DNA of 56,714 bases, the filler included, from Trypethelium eluteriae (lineage: Eukaryota): NCBI GenBank assembly GCA_051942245.1. It is 3 parts of 3 records of this genome, joined end to end, with 100 filler letters (N's around TTAATTAATTAA, not from the genome) between each part and the next. Parts side by side here need not be neighbours in the genome. Positions count along the whole stretch, not along the records: positions 1 to 18,855 come from JAVECL010000546.1; 2 more parts are not named here. One strand, written 5' to 3'. The notes below the pieces were generated by a model. It was not told the DNA's origin. It saw nothing but the letters and a program-made list of their open reading frames with translations, and searched no databases. Position numbers and translations under genes: made by a program. This document shows, in pieces, positions 1 to 11,987 of the stretch (positions within the stretch are counted from its first letter, which is position 1; the number at the start of each line of letters is the position of its first letter).

Positions 1-2578
1 GTAGGGAGGAGGATGTGGGTTCGGTGGCGGAGCTTGGTTGGGGGGATATGGATTGCCGTGGCTCTGTGTGCGCGGTCGGTAGCCATGCTCTTGAGGACGG
101 TTTGGTTCAGGCTGTGTAGGGTGAAGTATAGGAGGCATGGCTGCAGGAGGAGCTCTCTGACGCGAAGTATCCATGCTCGCACGCCGATCCTCAGGATACG
201 TTGGCCTTTCCACACTACCACGACGAGGTGGCCAGCTCGGTCCGGCGATCGGAGATTGATCCGCCCGATTTGGTGTGACTGGTGAAGCCAAAGCACTTGC
301 ACTTCCTGAGCCAGTTCTTGTCCTTCTATGAGCATTCGATACGTGCTGCAAGGCGGGCGGTGGCATTGGAGCTCTCTCTGGGCTTCTCTCTCGATATGGC
401 GTCTGGTAGTAGTCTCGCTTCTCGTTTGGAAATTGAGCTGGTGGTTGTAGAGACGGTCTCTCCATAGGTCGGGGTTCCCGAAGTGGCTCCTGCAGCATTT
501 GCATTCGATCCGGACCTATAGGTACAGCCGCAAACTCGTTCGGTCTTGGTTGCGGATGCTGCGTCAGTGAATGACGGCGTCCCTGATCGAAACCGCCTGG
601 AATGCTCTCCCGGCGCTCTCCCAGCATGCGGGGTGGACTCGCCGGTCTCTGACTGAAAGGTGGAATTTGTCCCATTGGACGGAATTCATCTTCTGCGACC
701 TTAGAGCGCTTTGCTGCAGTAGGTGCCACCCGTTCTTCTGCTTGGTCCTGATTGAGTAATTCGTGAATCTTTGCAGGCGATCTGGTTGGGGCTTCTTTCT
801 TTGAAGGCCGAACGCCATTCATTTGGCCAGACTTGGATTTCTTGTGGCTCTCGAGTCTCCACTTGACATAGACGCTTCCCGGCTTTTCCTGAGTGGTTGA
901 TGACGATTGCGGTGCAGTGTTCGGCGGTTTGGAGGGGGTGATGATTTCCTGGGGCAGCGTTGGTGTTGGTGGCTCGGGAAGCGGCTCTGGTCTCTTTGGC
1001 GGTTTCCTAGCCAGGGGCATGGCCTCAGCTGCAGTGGCCAACGCTTGTAGTGCCATGGCTGCCGAGTTCTCGATATGTTTCGGTGGCTCCGTAATCCCTT
1101 CTTCGACCGCTTGACTGGCGCGCGCCAAGTTCGATACGTTCAAGATGGCAATTGCCTGATTCCGATCTGTACTATCATGTACGGCAAATTTGCCAGGCGA
1201 CGGCGGTTTGGCGTTTTCGTCGGTTTGAGACATGTCTTGCGCGATTCGATCTCTTTCCTGGCGCTCGTCCCACAGACGATCCGTTTCGACGAAGTAGCGA
1301 CTCCGAGAGGCATATCTTGTATCAAACATTGGCTCGAGGTCACCATTCAGATGTCGTCGTTTGGCGTACGGAACGATTCCACCCTCCTGAAAGCTGTCAG
1401 CAGAGTCGAGGTGCTGATGCAATGATTGCCATACCTCATCGTCAGTAGCATCTTCGTCGTTCTGCTTCCTCTCATGTCTCAGAGTAGTTAAGTAAGCATT
1501 CATGAGATGGCCAATGAGATCGTCTTTGACCCTCTCAATCTTTTCCTATACTAACGTTCAGCTCGTGTCGAATGCCTAATAGCATGTCAGTTCTTACCTG
1601 ATACTGGGTCCGAAGAAGCTCGCATCCTCTTTCATAATTATTAGCTGCATTTCCAATGGTATATCCCTCTTCCGTGTCAATATGATCGAGACGCTGTTGA
1701 AGCTTTTTATCAAGCTGAGCGTTCACAATCTCGTGCCGTTCGCTCCTCTTGTGATATTCCGGATCACTGTCGATTTTTTCTTCAGTTCGATTCGCAATCT
1801 CCTGAAGAATTGGTTTCAAATGCTTGACTACAGCACGATAGCCCATGCGTAATTGAAGCTGTCGACGCATATCTGCTTCGATGCTATCGTTGGGGTTGGG
1901 AGCTCTACGCCTCCCTGGTAAGCGCTTCTTGACGACTCTATCCGAAGGTTCAACAGAAGGTTTTGGCTCTTTGGGTTCTTTTGGTACTCTCGGGCGGCCC
2001 CATCGACCACGTCCGCGTAGTTTAGGTGCGGCAGCGGCAGAGGCAGGGCTACCAGGACCTGGAGTGGCATTGTTGACAGTGGTCTGCTCAATTGGCGTTG
2101 GCGATGGTTGTCTTGAAGCAGACACATGTCCAGCATTAGCATTTTCTTGTTCAAGCAGCGAGTCTTTGCGGTCATCGTCTTCACCGTGCGCGTCTCCATT
2201 CACGTGCTGAGCATTAGGAACTTCGTCGGGCTGGGATTCACTTTTCGCATCATGACTAGTACCCGAAGATGCGGGTCTCTCGGACTCGGTCACTTCCTCG
2301 TCATCATGGTCAGTATCCTTTTCTTCGTAGAGACCGGCAGCCTTGCGCTTGGCAGCTCGGCTTCGCGGTGGTGGTGATGCGATGACATTGTCGGCCGGGG
2401 CATTGGATCGGCTGCGTTTAGCGGGCCGCTCCTCGCCGCCAATCAGCGTCGTCGTCTCCGGAGAAGAGGCTCGTCGCTTTCGGCCAGCAGCCGTAGATTT
2501 ATTACTGCCAGCGCTGGAGCCGTTGCGCGAATCTGAAGGCGCGGTCGACGCAGTGCGCGATGCCGCGCGAGTTCTCAT
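1..2578 (-). CDS. Hypothetical, probably nuclear low-complexity protein; 3' end runs off the window
   Basis: ATG at 2578 (MRTRAASR...). Introns inferred at ~1597-1546 and ~1434-1387 (GT donors, AG acceptors, branch-like sites). Exon 3 reads EGGIVPYAKRR...RSRYFVETDRLW and appears to stay open to base 1. Basic motifs (GRGRWGRPR, KKRLPGRRR) and a helical segment (IEADMRRQLQLRMGY). Confidence 0.75.
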
Positions 2579-4203
2579 ATGCATTGGCGTTGACGGCTGC
2601 AGTCGTGTCGATCGGCGCGCCGTTTCCGGTGTAGCGGCTGGTTATGGATTGGTTAATCAACAAGCTGGGCTGGACGAGGTGAAAAACCTTACAATTGGGA
2701 CCTTCCTGAGAGCTGGCTTGTTCTGAAAGGCTCTGCCTCGCCTTCCGTTTCATGATAGCAGAGGGTCTGTAGGGAGAATTGCATTAGTTTGGCTTGACGT
2801 GCCTGGAGCGGGAATAGTCGATGCATCGGCACAGGACCAGCGCAACTTACTCGCAGCGAGGTAACAAATGCACATAGCAATATTCGGCAGTCAAAGATCA
2901 AGAAATGGTGAGATGAAAAGTGATTAGGATCCAGCTGCAAGGGTGAGCACTCGAGCTGGTCTGCTTTTCTCGGCGTGGCTTGGTCTTGTCTGGCATCTGT
3001 CAGCGCTTCTTCAGCGACAGGTTGTTGTTCACATCCGGCTCGATGCTGATGGGGTCGGGCCACAGGCAAACTTGGTCAGGAGCAAATACGCGTGAATTTA
3101 ATTGCAAAGACAGCCAGACATTTGATGACTTACCGCAAGCACTCTCGTGGATGCTGAAAAGATTGATTCCGGATATGTTTGAAGCAGACCAGGATCGTGG
3201 CGGAAATGGTCCTGTGGGTAAGGGTCACCTGGGGGCAACAGCAACAGCCCTCACAATACCTCTATGGGAGGCGGATGCGCGCAGCTGATGATCGGCCCAG
3301 TCATGAATGGAGCGCGGGATGGATTCAAGGGCAGAACGATCCGTCACAATGAATCGACGGTCGGCCTGCGAAGATGTTCGATGAGATTCGAAGATTCGAA
3401 GAAAGAATAAACGCAAGCAAAAGGGCTTGGACTTGGGTGTACCTAAGCGTCCTAAGTTGGGCCAACCCCAGCACTCCCAGCCCTGCACCAATCGAAGTTG
3501 CGCAGCGAGTCCCGATTCGGCAGCGATCGCCCGCTTCCATTGTTCACCAAGTAAGCACAACAACAATAAAACTCGGTATCGCCGCCCTACCAGGTCTGCT
3601 ATTGAATGCTATTGCATGCTCTATATACATTTTTTATACACAAGCTTACTCTCATTTTCATGAAAGATCGGGGTCTGTATTAATGTCACCCAGCCGCTGT
3701 CTTCTATGCGTGCCATCTGCCGTTTGGCCAGGTTCGAGGTCACGTCACACGACATCTTCACCATGTCTGGGATGGGCAGAGCTCTGGTTCGCTCGGGCCA
3801 AACCCTGTTTCACACATTTTCCCTCTTTTACCATTTTGCCCCTTCGCCCTTGTTATTCCAAACATGAATAAACTCAATTCACCTGCGTGGAGAACATTTG
3901 CTCAGGTTGACGTAATCGTTTGATAATCTTTTACATTTTTTGGTTTCCTAAAGCAGATACCTACCTAAGCTATAGCCGCCAGCCCTAGCTTTCTTGTGTC
4001 CCCATAGTCTGCTGTGTGCTGTAAGCCATCGTCGTTCGTCCTTTTCTTCGACGAGGCAGACCTGAGAATCTACGTCATAAAAACATTAAATAACCTCCAG
4101 GGTATCCTAAAACTCCTTCACATCTCGACGCTCTCCTCATTGGAATCCCAAATTCCTCCCGTTCGGTGCGGAGTTGATTATCCAAGACGCATCCACCCAT
4201 CAT

Positions 4204-5670
4204 TCACTTCTCCGCCAGCGACTCATCCTCCCACCTCTCACTGATTAGACTCTCCGCTATCCTCGCGGTCCGGTCCGATCGCGTACTCACCGCCCGACTC
4301 CTCACGGACGCCGCGCTTGACGCCCGGCCCCTGGGCTCCGTCCCAATAAATGCCCCTTCCGCAAGCACAAAGCCCGGGATTGGCGGTGCCTCGGATCGAC
4401 GCTTGTCCGGGGCCATGGTAGAATCGAAACTGTGTGAATGCGCAAGACGACTGCCAGGTCGGCTGGGTCGGCTGTTGCTACGGACCCGCATTTGCTCCCC
4501 GCTAAGCGTTTGGCCTCCTTGGGGAGAGGCGGTGATTATGGTGCCTGGTGTGGTCGATGGAGGCGCAGGACTATCAGATCGGAAGAGTGGGTGGATGTGA
4601 GATTCGTCTGGGGTACTGGAGCGGGACTCGTGGATGGTTTGGGAGCGGATTGAGGACGCGGTTGGAGTGCAGTTGCGTTGCCGCTGCTGCTCTGTCGTAG
4701 GCGACGGAGGTAATGCAACTTCTACCGTTTCCGCCTTCGGACTGCTCTCCCTGGGAAACGGGCCATCAAGAGCACGTGCTGGAGACACCGGTCGACTGCC
4801 GGGGATCGTCTCGAGGCCGGTTGCTTGGGAATAAAGGACTGTCTCTTTGTCTTGCTGGTCAACCATTGACGTGTCCCACATGTCAAATCCGTCCGACGGC
4901 GACGTCTCTACAGAGTAAGGAAAGGAGCAGACGCTCTTGGAGTCTCGCGAAGAGAGTCGTTTGAATAATCGCGTCTTTGACGTGACTGGTTTTATGACTT
5001 GTTGTAGCGAATGACGAAGAGAGCTGCTTGCTAACGAGGAGCGGGGAGATCCTGTAGGTGAGGCTGTCGAAGCATCTCTGGTACACGGTTGGGCGAAGCG
5101 CTGAAGAGCCATCCGAGATGTCGACTTGTCCGCTTCCCTTTGCGATGACTCCGGGTGTATCTCCAGATCGGATTGCATTCGAGAGTGTAGCGTCTCATGA
5201 TCTGTGCTTGGTCTTTTTGGCGGGCGATGGAGCGCTAGAAACGACCCCTGTGCAACCACCGCAAGTGGAGCAAGAACTAGGTCCGCGACAACGATGCTCT
5301 TCAGGCTCGCCGTGACCTGAATCTGAGGGTCTTGTTTGTCTTTGGTGATGGTGTATCCGAGCATGGCAAACGTCAGAGAGAGTCCAAGCAGTCCCAGGAT
5401 TCCAATAGCCGTTAGGATCGCCAATTGCAGCCAATGTTTGTTTAATATTACTGCGGAGTTCTTTGAAAGGATAGAAAGGGTCAAGATGCCAAGACCAACC
5501 GTGTCCACGACCGCAGCAGCAAGCGAGAGACCGTACGTTGACAATTGCGCTGTGGGGAGGGACACAGCCAAGTAAGTAGTCAGACCCGACGAGGCTGCGG
5601 TGAGGATCAAAGCTGTGAAAGTAGCGACAGAATGGAAAGCTTTGACCTTTAAGTAGTCCAACCTCATCAT
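4204..5670 (-). CDS. Hypothetical membrane protein (about 4 N-terminal TM helices, Ser/Pro-rich cytoplasmic tail)
   Basis: Intronless ORF of ~488 aa. Hydrophobic N-terminal segments, then a disordered tail containing SHIHPLFRSDSP. Confidence 0.8.
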   Translation of the reverse strand: MMRLDYLKVKAFHSVATFTALILTAASSGLTTYLAVSLPTAQLSTYGLSLAAAVVDTVGLGILTLSILSKNSAVILNKHWLQLAILTAIGILGLLGLSLTFAMLGYTITKDKQDPQIQVTASLKSIVVADLVLAPLAVVAQGSFLALHRPPKRPSTDHETLHSRMQSDLEIHPESSQREADKSTSRMALQRFAQPCTRDASTASPTGSPRSSLASSSLRHSLQQVIKPVTSKTRLFKRLSSRDSKSVCSFPYSVETSPSDGFDMWDTSMVDQQDKETVLYSQATGLETIPGSRPVSPARALDGPFPRESSPKAETVEVALPPSPTTEQQRQRNCTPTASSIRSQTIHESRSSTPDESHIHPLFRSDSPAPPSTTPGTIITASPQGGQTLSGEQMRVRSNSRPSRPGSRLAHSHSFDSTMAPDKRRSEAPPIPGFVLAEGAFIGTEPRGRASSAASVRSRAVSTRSDRTARIAESLISERWEDESLAEK

Positions 5671-8226
5671 CGCCAACAGAAAAAAGGATTGCTTAAAGGA
5701 AAAGTTTTATGAGGAGAAGGTCGTTTGTAGGGAAGGTTTGAGGTAGAGATATTGAGCAAGAGTCGTGGCGTCAGACTGCTCCTGGCCCTCGACCATCAGA
5801 ATCTAATCGACCTTGCCAATTGACTGCTCTGCTCTGGTGATAGCAATGAAATTGATGCAGGGCCTGGTTCAACAGAGTACCTGGCAAAGGTAGAATGGCC
5901 GGGGTTTCTTTGAAATAATGAAAGGATAGAGGGTATACACCCCTCAATTCTCCTCAAGAACTGTAATGTACATGACCCCGCAGATGGCTTCGTGAGATCT
6001 GGACAACGCGATTGTTGACGCGTCAAAGGGATGAGGCTGTTTGTGGAGCTGCAAGCTCGAGCGGGAAGACAACACACTTAAGAATTTCATCAGTGTTTCC
6101 AACACTCTTAAGTCAGGAATCACGCAAGGGATTGGCTTTTCAGATGGTCTCACATCTGGGGAGACCCTTGTCAGGCAAAGAGATGGTAGTAGGGGCGCAT
6201 AAAGTTGCTCTTTTAGATTGTAGACCTGAGCTTCTGCACGTAGTGAGAATAGTAGAAAGAGCGCAATCGTGATCGTAAGAGCGTTGCGGGGCCGGACCAC
6301 GGTTTCAATGAGATAATTCTGTGGAAAGGACGAGAGCAGACGGGGAAGATTTATTACCTCCGTACACAGGTTGGGATCTTTCACCTGCATATTCTGATGG
6401 AAGCATGATCCCGACGACGCGTTCATGGATATGCGAGCAGGGAGATCCTAACGTACCGTGACCGGGCGTTGAAGCTAGATGCTTACAGTCAAAATTTAGG
6501 CCTAGTCCCGGAGACATGGCTCTGCCACTCGATTGGCTTGCACCATCCTTCTGCCATTGACTTGCAGATTCGATAGCTGCGATGCCTCTTCCGGCAACAG
6601 TCGAACGGCTCCACCGGGTAAAAATGAGACGGGCAGAGATGGCGAGCAGTCATCTCACTGGATCTCTGAGCCGGTCGATGCAGCCGTCAGGTACCGGCTC
6701 ATTTGCGTTGGTTGAAAAGAAAAAAAGTGGGTGGACTTGGAGATGGACCTGGAGGCGGCGGGGGTTCGCCCGTCACTGCCGGCAATACCCCTGCAGCGGC
6801 AGCCAGATTTTAAATGAACCCTCGGTGCCTCAACGGCGCCCCACGCTGCAATCGCGTGCTTGTCGCGTCCTTCCTTAGAATCCTTACGAAGAACAACCCA
6901 TCACTCTGTGCCGAGACTCGCTTCATGAACGACCCTGTCAGCGATCCTTCAAAACGTCCCAGAACCTACCAGAAGCACGGGATCTCACCGCAAGATATTG
7001 GTTTTGGATCTTGATTAAGTCGACTCGTCGAGACTCGAGGAGTATACTACCGTGTGTACCACCTGTTCAACCTTAAAAAAAGAATAGGGTAGACGTCGAT
7101 CGCTCGCGGGAGCTGCTGTCGAACGAACACAGCACTCGGTAGCTAAAGCTTGTGACACGCTACAGCCCGCACCGCGTCTCGGTCTAGGGCTGCCTTAAAC
7201 AGGCCAGAAAGGGTAAAAGAAAAAAAGAGGAGAAAAAAAAGAAAAAAAAATTGAAATTGCACCTTGGAAATCTCTCGGGTCATAAGGCGAGACCACGCAC
7301 TTTGGCACAAGTACGGAGTTCATGTCAAAGCTCTAAACCCCGAGTGAGCGTAAAAGCGAGGACAGACCTTTGTAGTACATATGTAGTTGGTAGCGATGCC
7401 CTTGTGAGCTGAAAGCTCGACCGTGCTCTGAGGCTGAAAGGCAGTCAAATCGACGGTTAACGACTGGTCAATGTCTGCAATTAGAGAATTTGCCCATTGC
7501 CCCGCGTCGCCTCCAATGAAATGTGGAGTCTGTAGCGACATGGCCTGACCTGAACTGCTCGCTACCTAGGTGTGTCAATCAAATTTCTCTCTCGGTAGTC
7601 GTTGGTGGCCAAAGTCGCCATTTCTGGCTCCCCAATCGCGTCGGAGAATTTCGTTTAGTGCAGCTTCGGTACCCAGCTACGTTGAGTTTCAGAAATAGGA
7701 GGGCAACTCCACAACATTAGCTACCTACCTTAAATAACCTCTCTGTCGGCCCGCATTTCATTCGAGTTAGAATGTCGGCTTGGTGTCCAGCTGAGAATTA
7801 GAGGAACCAATTTCACTAAATCACCAAATAATGGCCAATCTCTTGCCAATATGGATTTCTTGTTGGTCAGTCATCGGTTGCGTGCCCGGTACCCGTTGAA
7901 TTAGTCAAAGGTCATTGTGATGCTCGATTAATGCTGCGCTATCTGCATAACCATGTCCGGATCTCTCCCCGGAACCCCGGCACCAGCGCAAGCCTCAGAA
8001 CGGCAGGAACAGCGGCAGCAGAGACGGCACAAGCGGGAGATGTCCATTACATGCTGCAATGCAGGTGCACAGCTGTCGCGGAGGCTTTCCCAGGTTACGA
8101 AAACCTCTTGACGAGAGCTTGAATGAAAAGATCCATTGAAAACCTTATGAGCCCCCCTCCCCCAAAGTGGCGGTGGCAGGAAGCCTGAAAGCTACACCCC
8201 ATAACGAGACCCCACCGCACCCCGCT

Positions 8227-9808
8227 CTACTGCTCCTCTCCCTCGTCTGGTTGGTCGAAGAGAAAGTTTGCCGCTAGCTCTTCGTTCTTGTCGCAAGCAA
8301 AGTAGGCTTGGATCACGAGATCACGCTCGAAACCAAGACGACATAACTGCAAGTCACTGAATCAGCACCCGGATATCTACGCTCCGAAGCAAGACCGCAA
8401 ACTCACCCGTTCAATGGCATCTCGCTCCTCCTCAGTCACTGCAACCGATTGCGCTCCAGGTGGGACGGGCGCGTCTTCGTCACCGCCACCCTCGGCCAAC
8501 AGCTGCAGAAACTGCTCCGGATTGTTCTGGATCATTTGCGAGAGTTGAGGATTTCCCTGCGCGACTTGTTGCAAGATTGGCTCCAGCATCTGTGGTTGTT
8601 GCTGGACAACTTGGCGGAGTTGCTGAAATTGTGGGTTGTTACGGAGATGTTCCAAGTTTCCCAAGGCCGCACCTGCAGCACCTGCAGCACCTGCACCACC
8701 TGTACCACCACCGCCTCCACCAAGAGCGGCTCCTAAACCTGCTCCGGCACCTCCTCGACCGCCCGCTCCTCCTTGACCTCCTTGACGGTTAGCTTGTGCT
8801 GCAGCCTCGAAAAGATTGACCGGCTCGTCACCCGTGGCTGCAGCGGGCGGCTGCGCAGGAACAGTGCCCGTTGCTGGCGGCGGAGAGGCGGCAGTACCGG
8901 TACCCTGATTACCTTGATTACCTTGATTTCCTCCTTGCGGTTGTCGCTGCTCCTGCACAATATTCTCGGGGATGCCCTTGCGAATGGTTAGCCCAATGTG
9001 CGTGGTTGTTGTTTCTCACATATCATACACTCAAGAGATATTCAACAGCTCGATCCGGGTTGAAGAAAGCAGCCCGCATTGCCCGATCGATATCTGCCCG
9101 TGGGAATCCCATGCTTTCCATGTTTGCGATCGCTGCATCCCTTTCACCACCCATCGCGAGCGCAGATGGGTCATTAAATCCCTGTCCAGCTGTCGCGCCA
9201 GCCGGTGCGGGTGATGGTGTTGCAGGAGCATTGGTATCTGATGTTCCTGTAGGGGCGACGGGAGCTGCGGGTGCGGCGGGTGTAGAAGAAGTCTGAGGAG
9301 CAGGCGTTGATGGTGCAGCTTTACTTGATGCAGCGGCTGGAGCCGGCTTTGGCTAAATTATGGTCAACAATTCCGAATTCGTGGACCCAGATCCCAAAGT
9401 GTTGATGTACAAGCCCACCCGGTTCGATGGAAAGGGTGGCTGATCATCTTTACTAACCTTAGACACCATGCACACAATAAATCCCTTTTCCTCAATGTTA
9501 TAAGACTCTACCGTGTTGCCATCTTGCAAAATCTTGCCTATTGATGAAATTCCCGCGTCAGTTGACCCTCCGATTTCCTTGTATAAGGCAAGTGGCAAGG
9601 TTGTGCATTCATACCAGAGTAGATGAGTTTCTGTTGGGAGGCTTCCCAGCCTTTCTCCGATGCTATCTTGTTCTTGACATCGGAAATCTAGCAGAAGGTA
9701 TCAGCGCTAGTCGGTTCCGTCAGATAACCAGATAGATCTTACTGTCTCAGAGGGCTCTGCTTCGATGACGAACTTCTGTTGCTTCAAATCCTTGAATGTG
9801 AGCTTCAT
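8227..9808 (-). CDS. RAD23: UV excision repair protein Rad23 (UBL-UBA-XPC-binding-UBA)
   Basis: Exon 1 [13 protein letters not shown]. Later exons give KLIYSG/KILQD, UBA1 ([30 protein letters not shown]), XPC-binding [27 protein letters not shown] and UBA2 ([31 protein letters not shown]). Five canonical introns. Confidence 0.97.
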
Positions 9809-10293
9809 CCTTTTTCTCGCCGTCTAGCGATTGCTGTTCGGGGAGGCACAAAATGAATGATATCAAACTTGATAGAATCGAGTAAGCTGTCAGAAGGCGT
9901 GGTGGAACGTCAAGTTAGGTCCTGGAAGGCGAAGCGGAGCAGTAACCCACCTTTAAACCGGGTCTACTTCGGCGCGGGCCTAGAGAGTGACGGCAACAGC
10001 GACACGGTGATGTACACTCCCACGCCGCTCTGCCTGCCTGACTGCAATATCACTAACGCGGCGTGCATGTAACTCAGAGCTCACCTTGAGAGCAATTTGT
10101 GTACATTGGCGACAAGAGAGAGTCCTGCCCTGACACGGCATCAACAAAGCCGACAAACGACGCGTATCATGCAAGTCCTGCCATTGTGCTGATACTTTTT
10201 CGTGATCTCTACTCCGTACTCAAGAATTCTCATCCAAAAATTCCAACGGTCCAGCGTGCGCTACTTAGGCATCGAAAGAAATGGTATCACGTA

Positions 10294-10546
10294 CAGTGGG
10301 ATTTTTTGAAGTGGGACAGCGCTAGACAAGGATAACATGGAGCATAATCCGATTGGCTTTCAATAACAGCTCTAGTCCTTGATCGGATAGGCGCCGCTAC
10401 TGTAAATTCTTTTGATTGATTGATCTACTGAGCACTAATCCATCTGCGGGTTAGCTCCAGGGACTAGCCAAGGCTAATACAGATACTGATTGGTGGTGTC
10501 CAGGGCCCCCAAGTCTAGCGCTGTCCCACTTCAAAAAATCCCACTG
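10294..10546. mobile_element. Non-autonomous Tc1/mariner-type MITE, 253 bp
   Basis: Perfect 34-bp terminal inverted repeats CAGTGGGATTTTTTGAAGTGGGACAGCGCTAGAC at 10294-10327 and 10513-10546. Flanked by TA on both sides (10292-10293, 10547-10548). No internal ORF. Confidence 0.9.
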
Positions 10547-10598
10547 TACATCGAAAACGAAGTCTGCCTCTAAGCCCCACATCCACCTTCCTGTCTGC

Positions 10599-11987
10599 CT
10601 ATTGGTCCTGGCAAATGTTCGGGTATTGGTATTTAGTCAGATCATTTATCGGGTTGGGCAAAGTTTCGGCAGCCATCGCATTTACCAGTCCCCATTCACC
10701 TGGGGCCTTGTAGGCCCATATAAAGAACCCCTGCGCGCTCTTTTCGTAGGTAAGAAGCTGCGCCTCTGCAAATTGTCGGATGGCCGCCCTGGTGTAGCTC
10801 TTGTATTGGCTGGGACTGTGGGAGCTGGCGCATTGGCAGCCGATCGTACTGCAAGTGCTCCCAGCAATCGTAGTTCCGTCGGGATTCACACAGATATTGA
10901 TAGCCAACGAAAACTCGCCAACGTATACTGGAAGGTTCTGTGTGCGATTCTGTGGGAGAAGACTAGAGGAGCTGTAGTTGCATGCCTTAGCGATGTGCTG
11001 AGCATTCGTAAGGGTCGAGTCGGAGGCTACTTGATTTTGATACAGGTGCGTATCTATCGCGAAAGGTGTTGGTGGCATGGAAGCTTTTCCGTTGATGGCT
11101 GCGCCTACTTCGGTCCATGCAAAAGGCGTTGCAAAAGCATCGTGCATGATCAGACGGAGATTGGAGTTCCTCGTGACATTCTTGACGGCAGCGTATGCTT
11201 GTTTAGTCCAGGCCTGCATCTTGTCCCAATCGTTGCCTTCCCCGTTACCAAGTTTCCAGGAAATGGGTTCATTGACAAGTTCAATGCCAGCCACAACATC
11301 GGCATAGTCAATGGAACCATACTTCTTCGCCATGGTGACGAGGACATTGATGCTGTTCTGATAATTCGGGGCGTTCTGCCATTCAACGGAGCCATTGTGA
11401 CCGGAGTTGTCAAAGCCATTTTGTGAGCCAGGAACGCCATGGTGGTCAATCCATACTTTCAAGCCATGTGTTCGCGCCCACCCTATAGCTTTATCTAGAT
11501 AGGCTTGAGCCCCCATCTTGTAAGGGAATCCAAGCGTGTCAAAGGCCCAGAAGCCAACAGGAATGCGCAATCTATGTATGCATTAGCTCACCGCGGTACA
11601 ATATAGAGGGGAGATGTACGCATTGAAGCCCCAGTCCTTGATTTGGATGACATCTTGTTCAGTGAACCATGAAGACCAGTGCTGTTCCAAAAGAGGGACT
11701 GGGTCGACATCAGTGCGCGAGTCAAACGTCCATTGGTCATAGGCAGTAGAGTTCTCGAACATATCCGAGTTCATCCACTTTTCCAACACCAGCCAGCCTC
11801 CAATATTGACCCCGTATAGAAATTCAGATTCAGTGCCATTCGTAGCATTGGTGAAAGTTGGAGAAGTTGGGTTTGCTGGAGCAACTTGCCGTCCGCGGAT
11901 GTGCTGGACAGCATAAGAAGGTCTGGCTGAAGTGGCTGTTGCAAATAACAATGCTGCTAGCAGTAGAAGATCCATCAACTCCTGCAT
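10599..11987 (-). CDS. Secreted glycoside hydrolase family 5, exo-1,3-beta-glucanase-like
   Basis: Signal peptide. Motifs GVNIGGWLVLEKWM, RIPVGFWAF, DHHGVPGSQNGFDNSG, acid/base ELVNEP and nucleophile VGEFS. One intron at ~11619-11572. Confidence 0.93.

Noticed and set aside
7080..7250. GC-rich stretch bounded by A-tracts as a possible tRNA or Pol III gene
   Set aside because: No cloverleaf or convincing A/B boxes could be built by eye.
10602..11426. 274-aa plus-strand ORF
   Set aside because: Antisense shadow of the GH5 coding exon.
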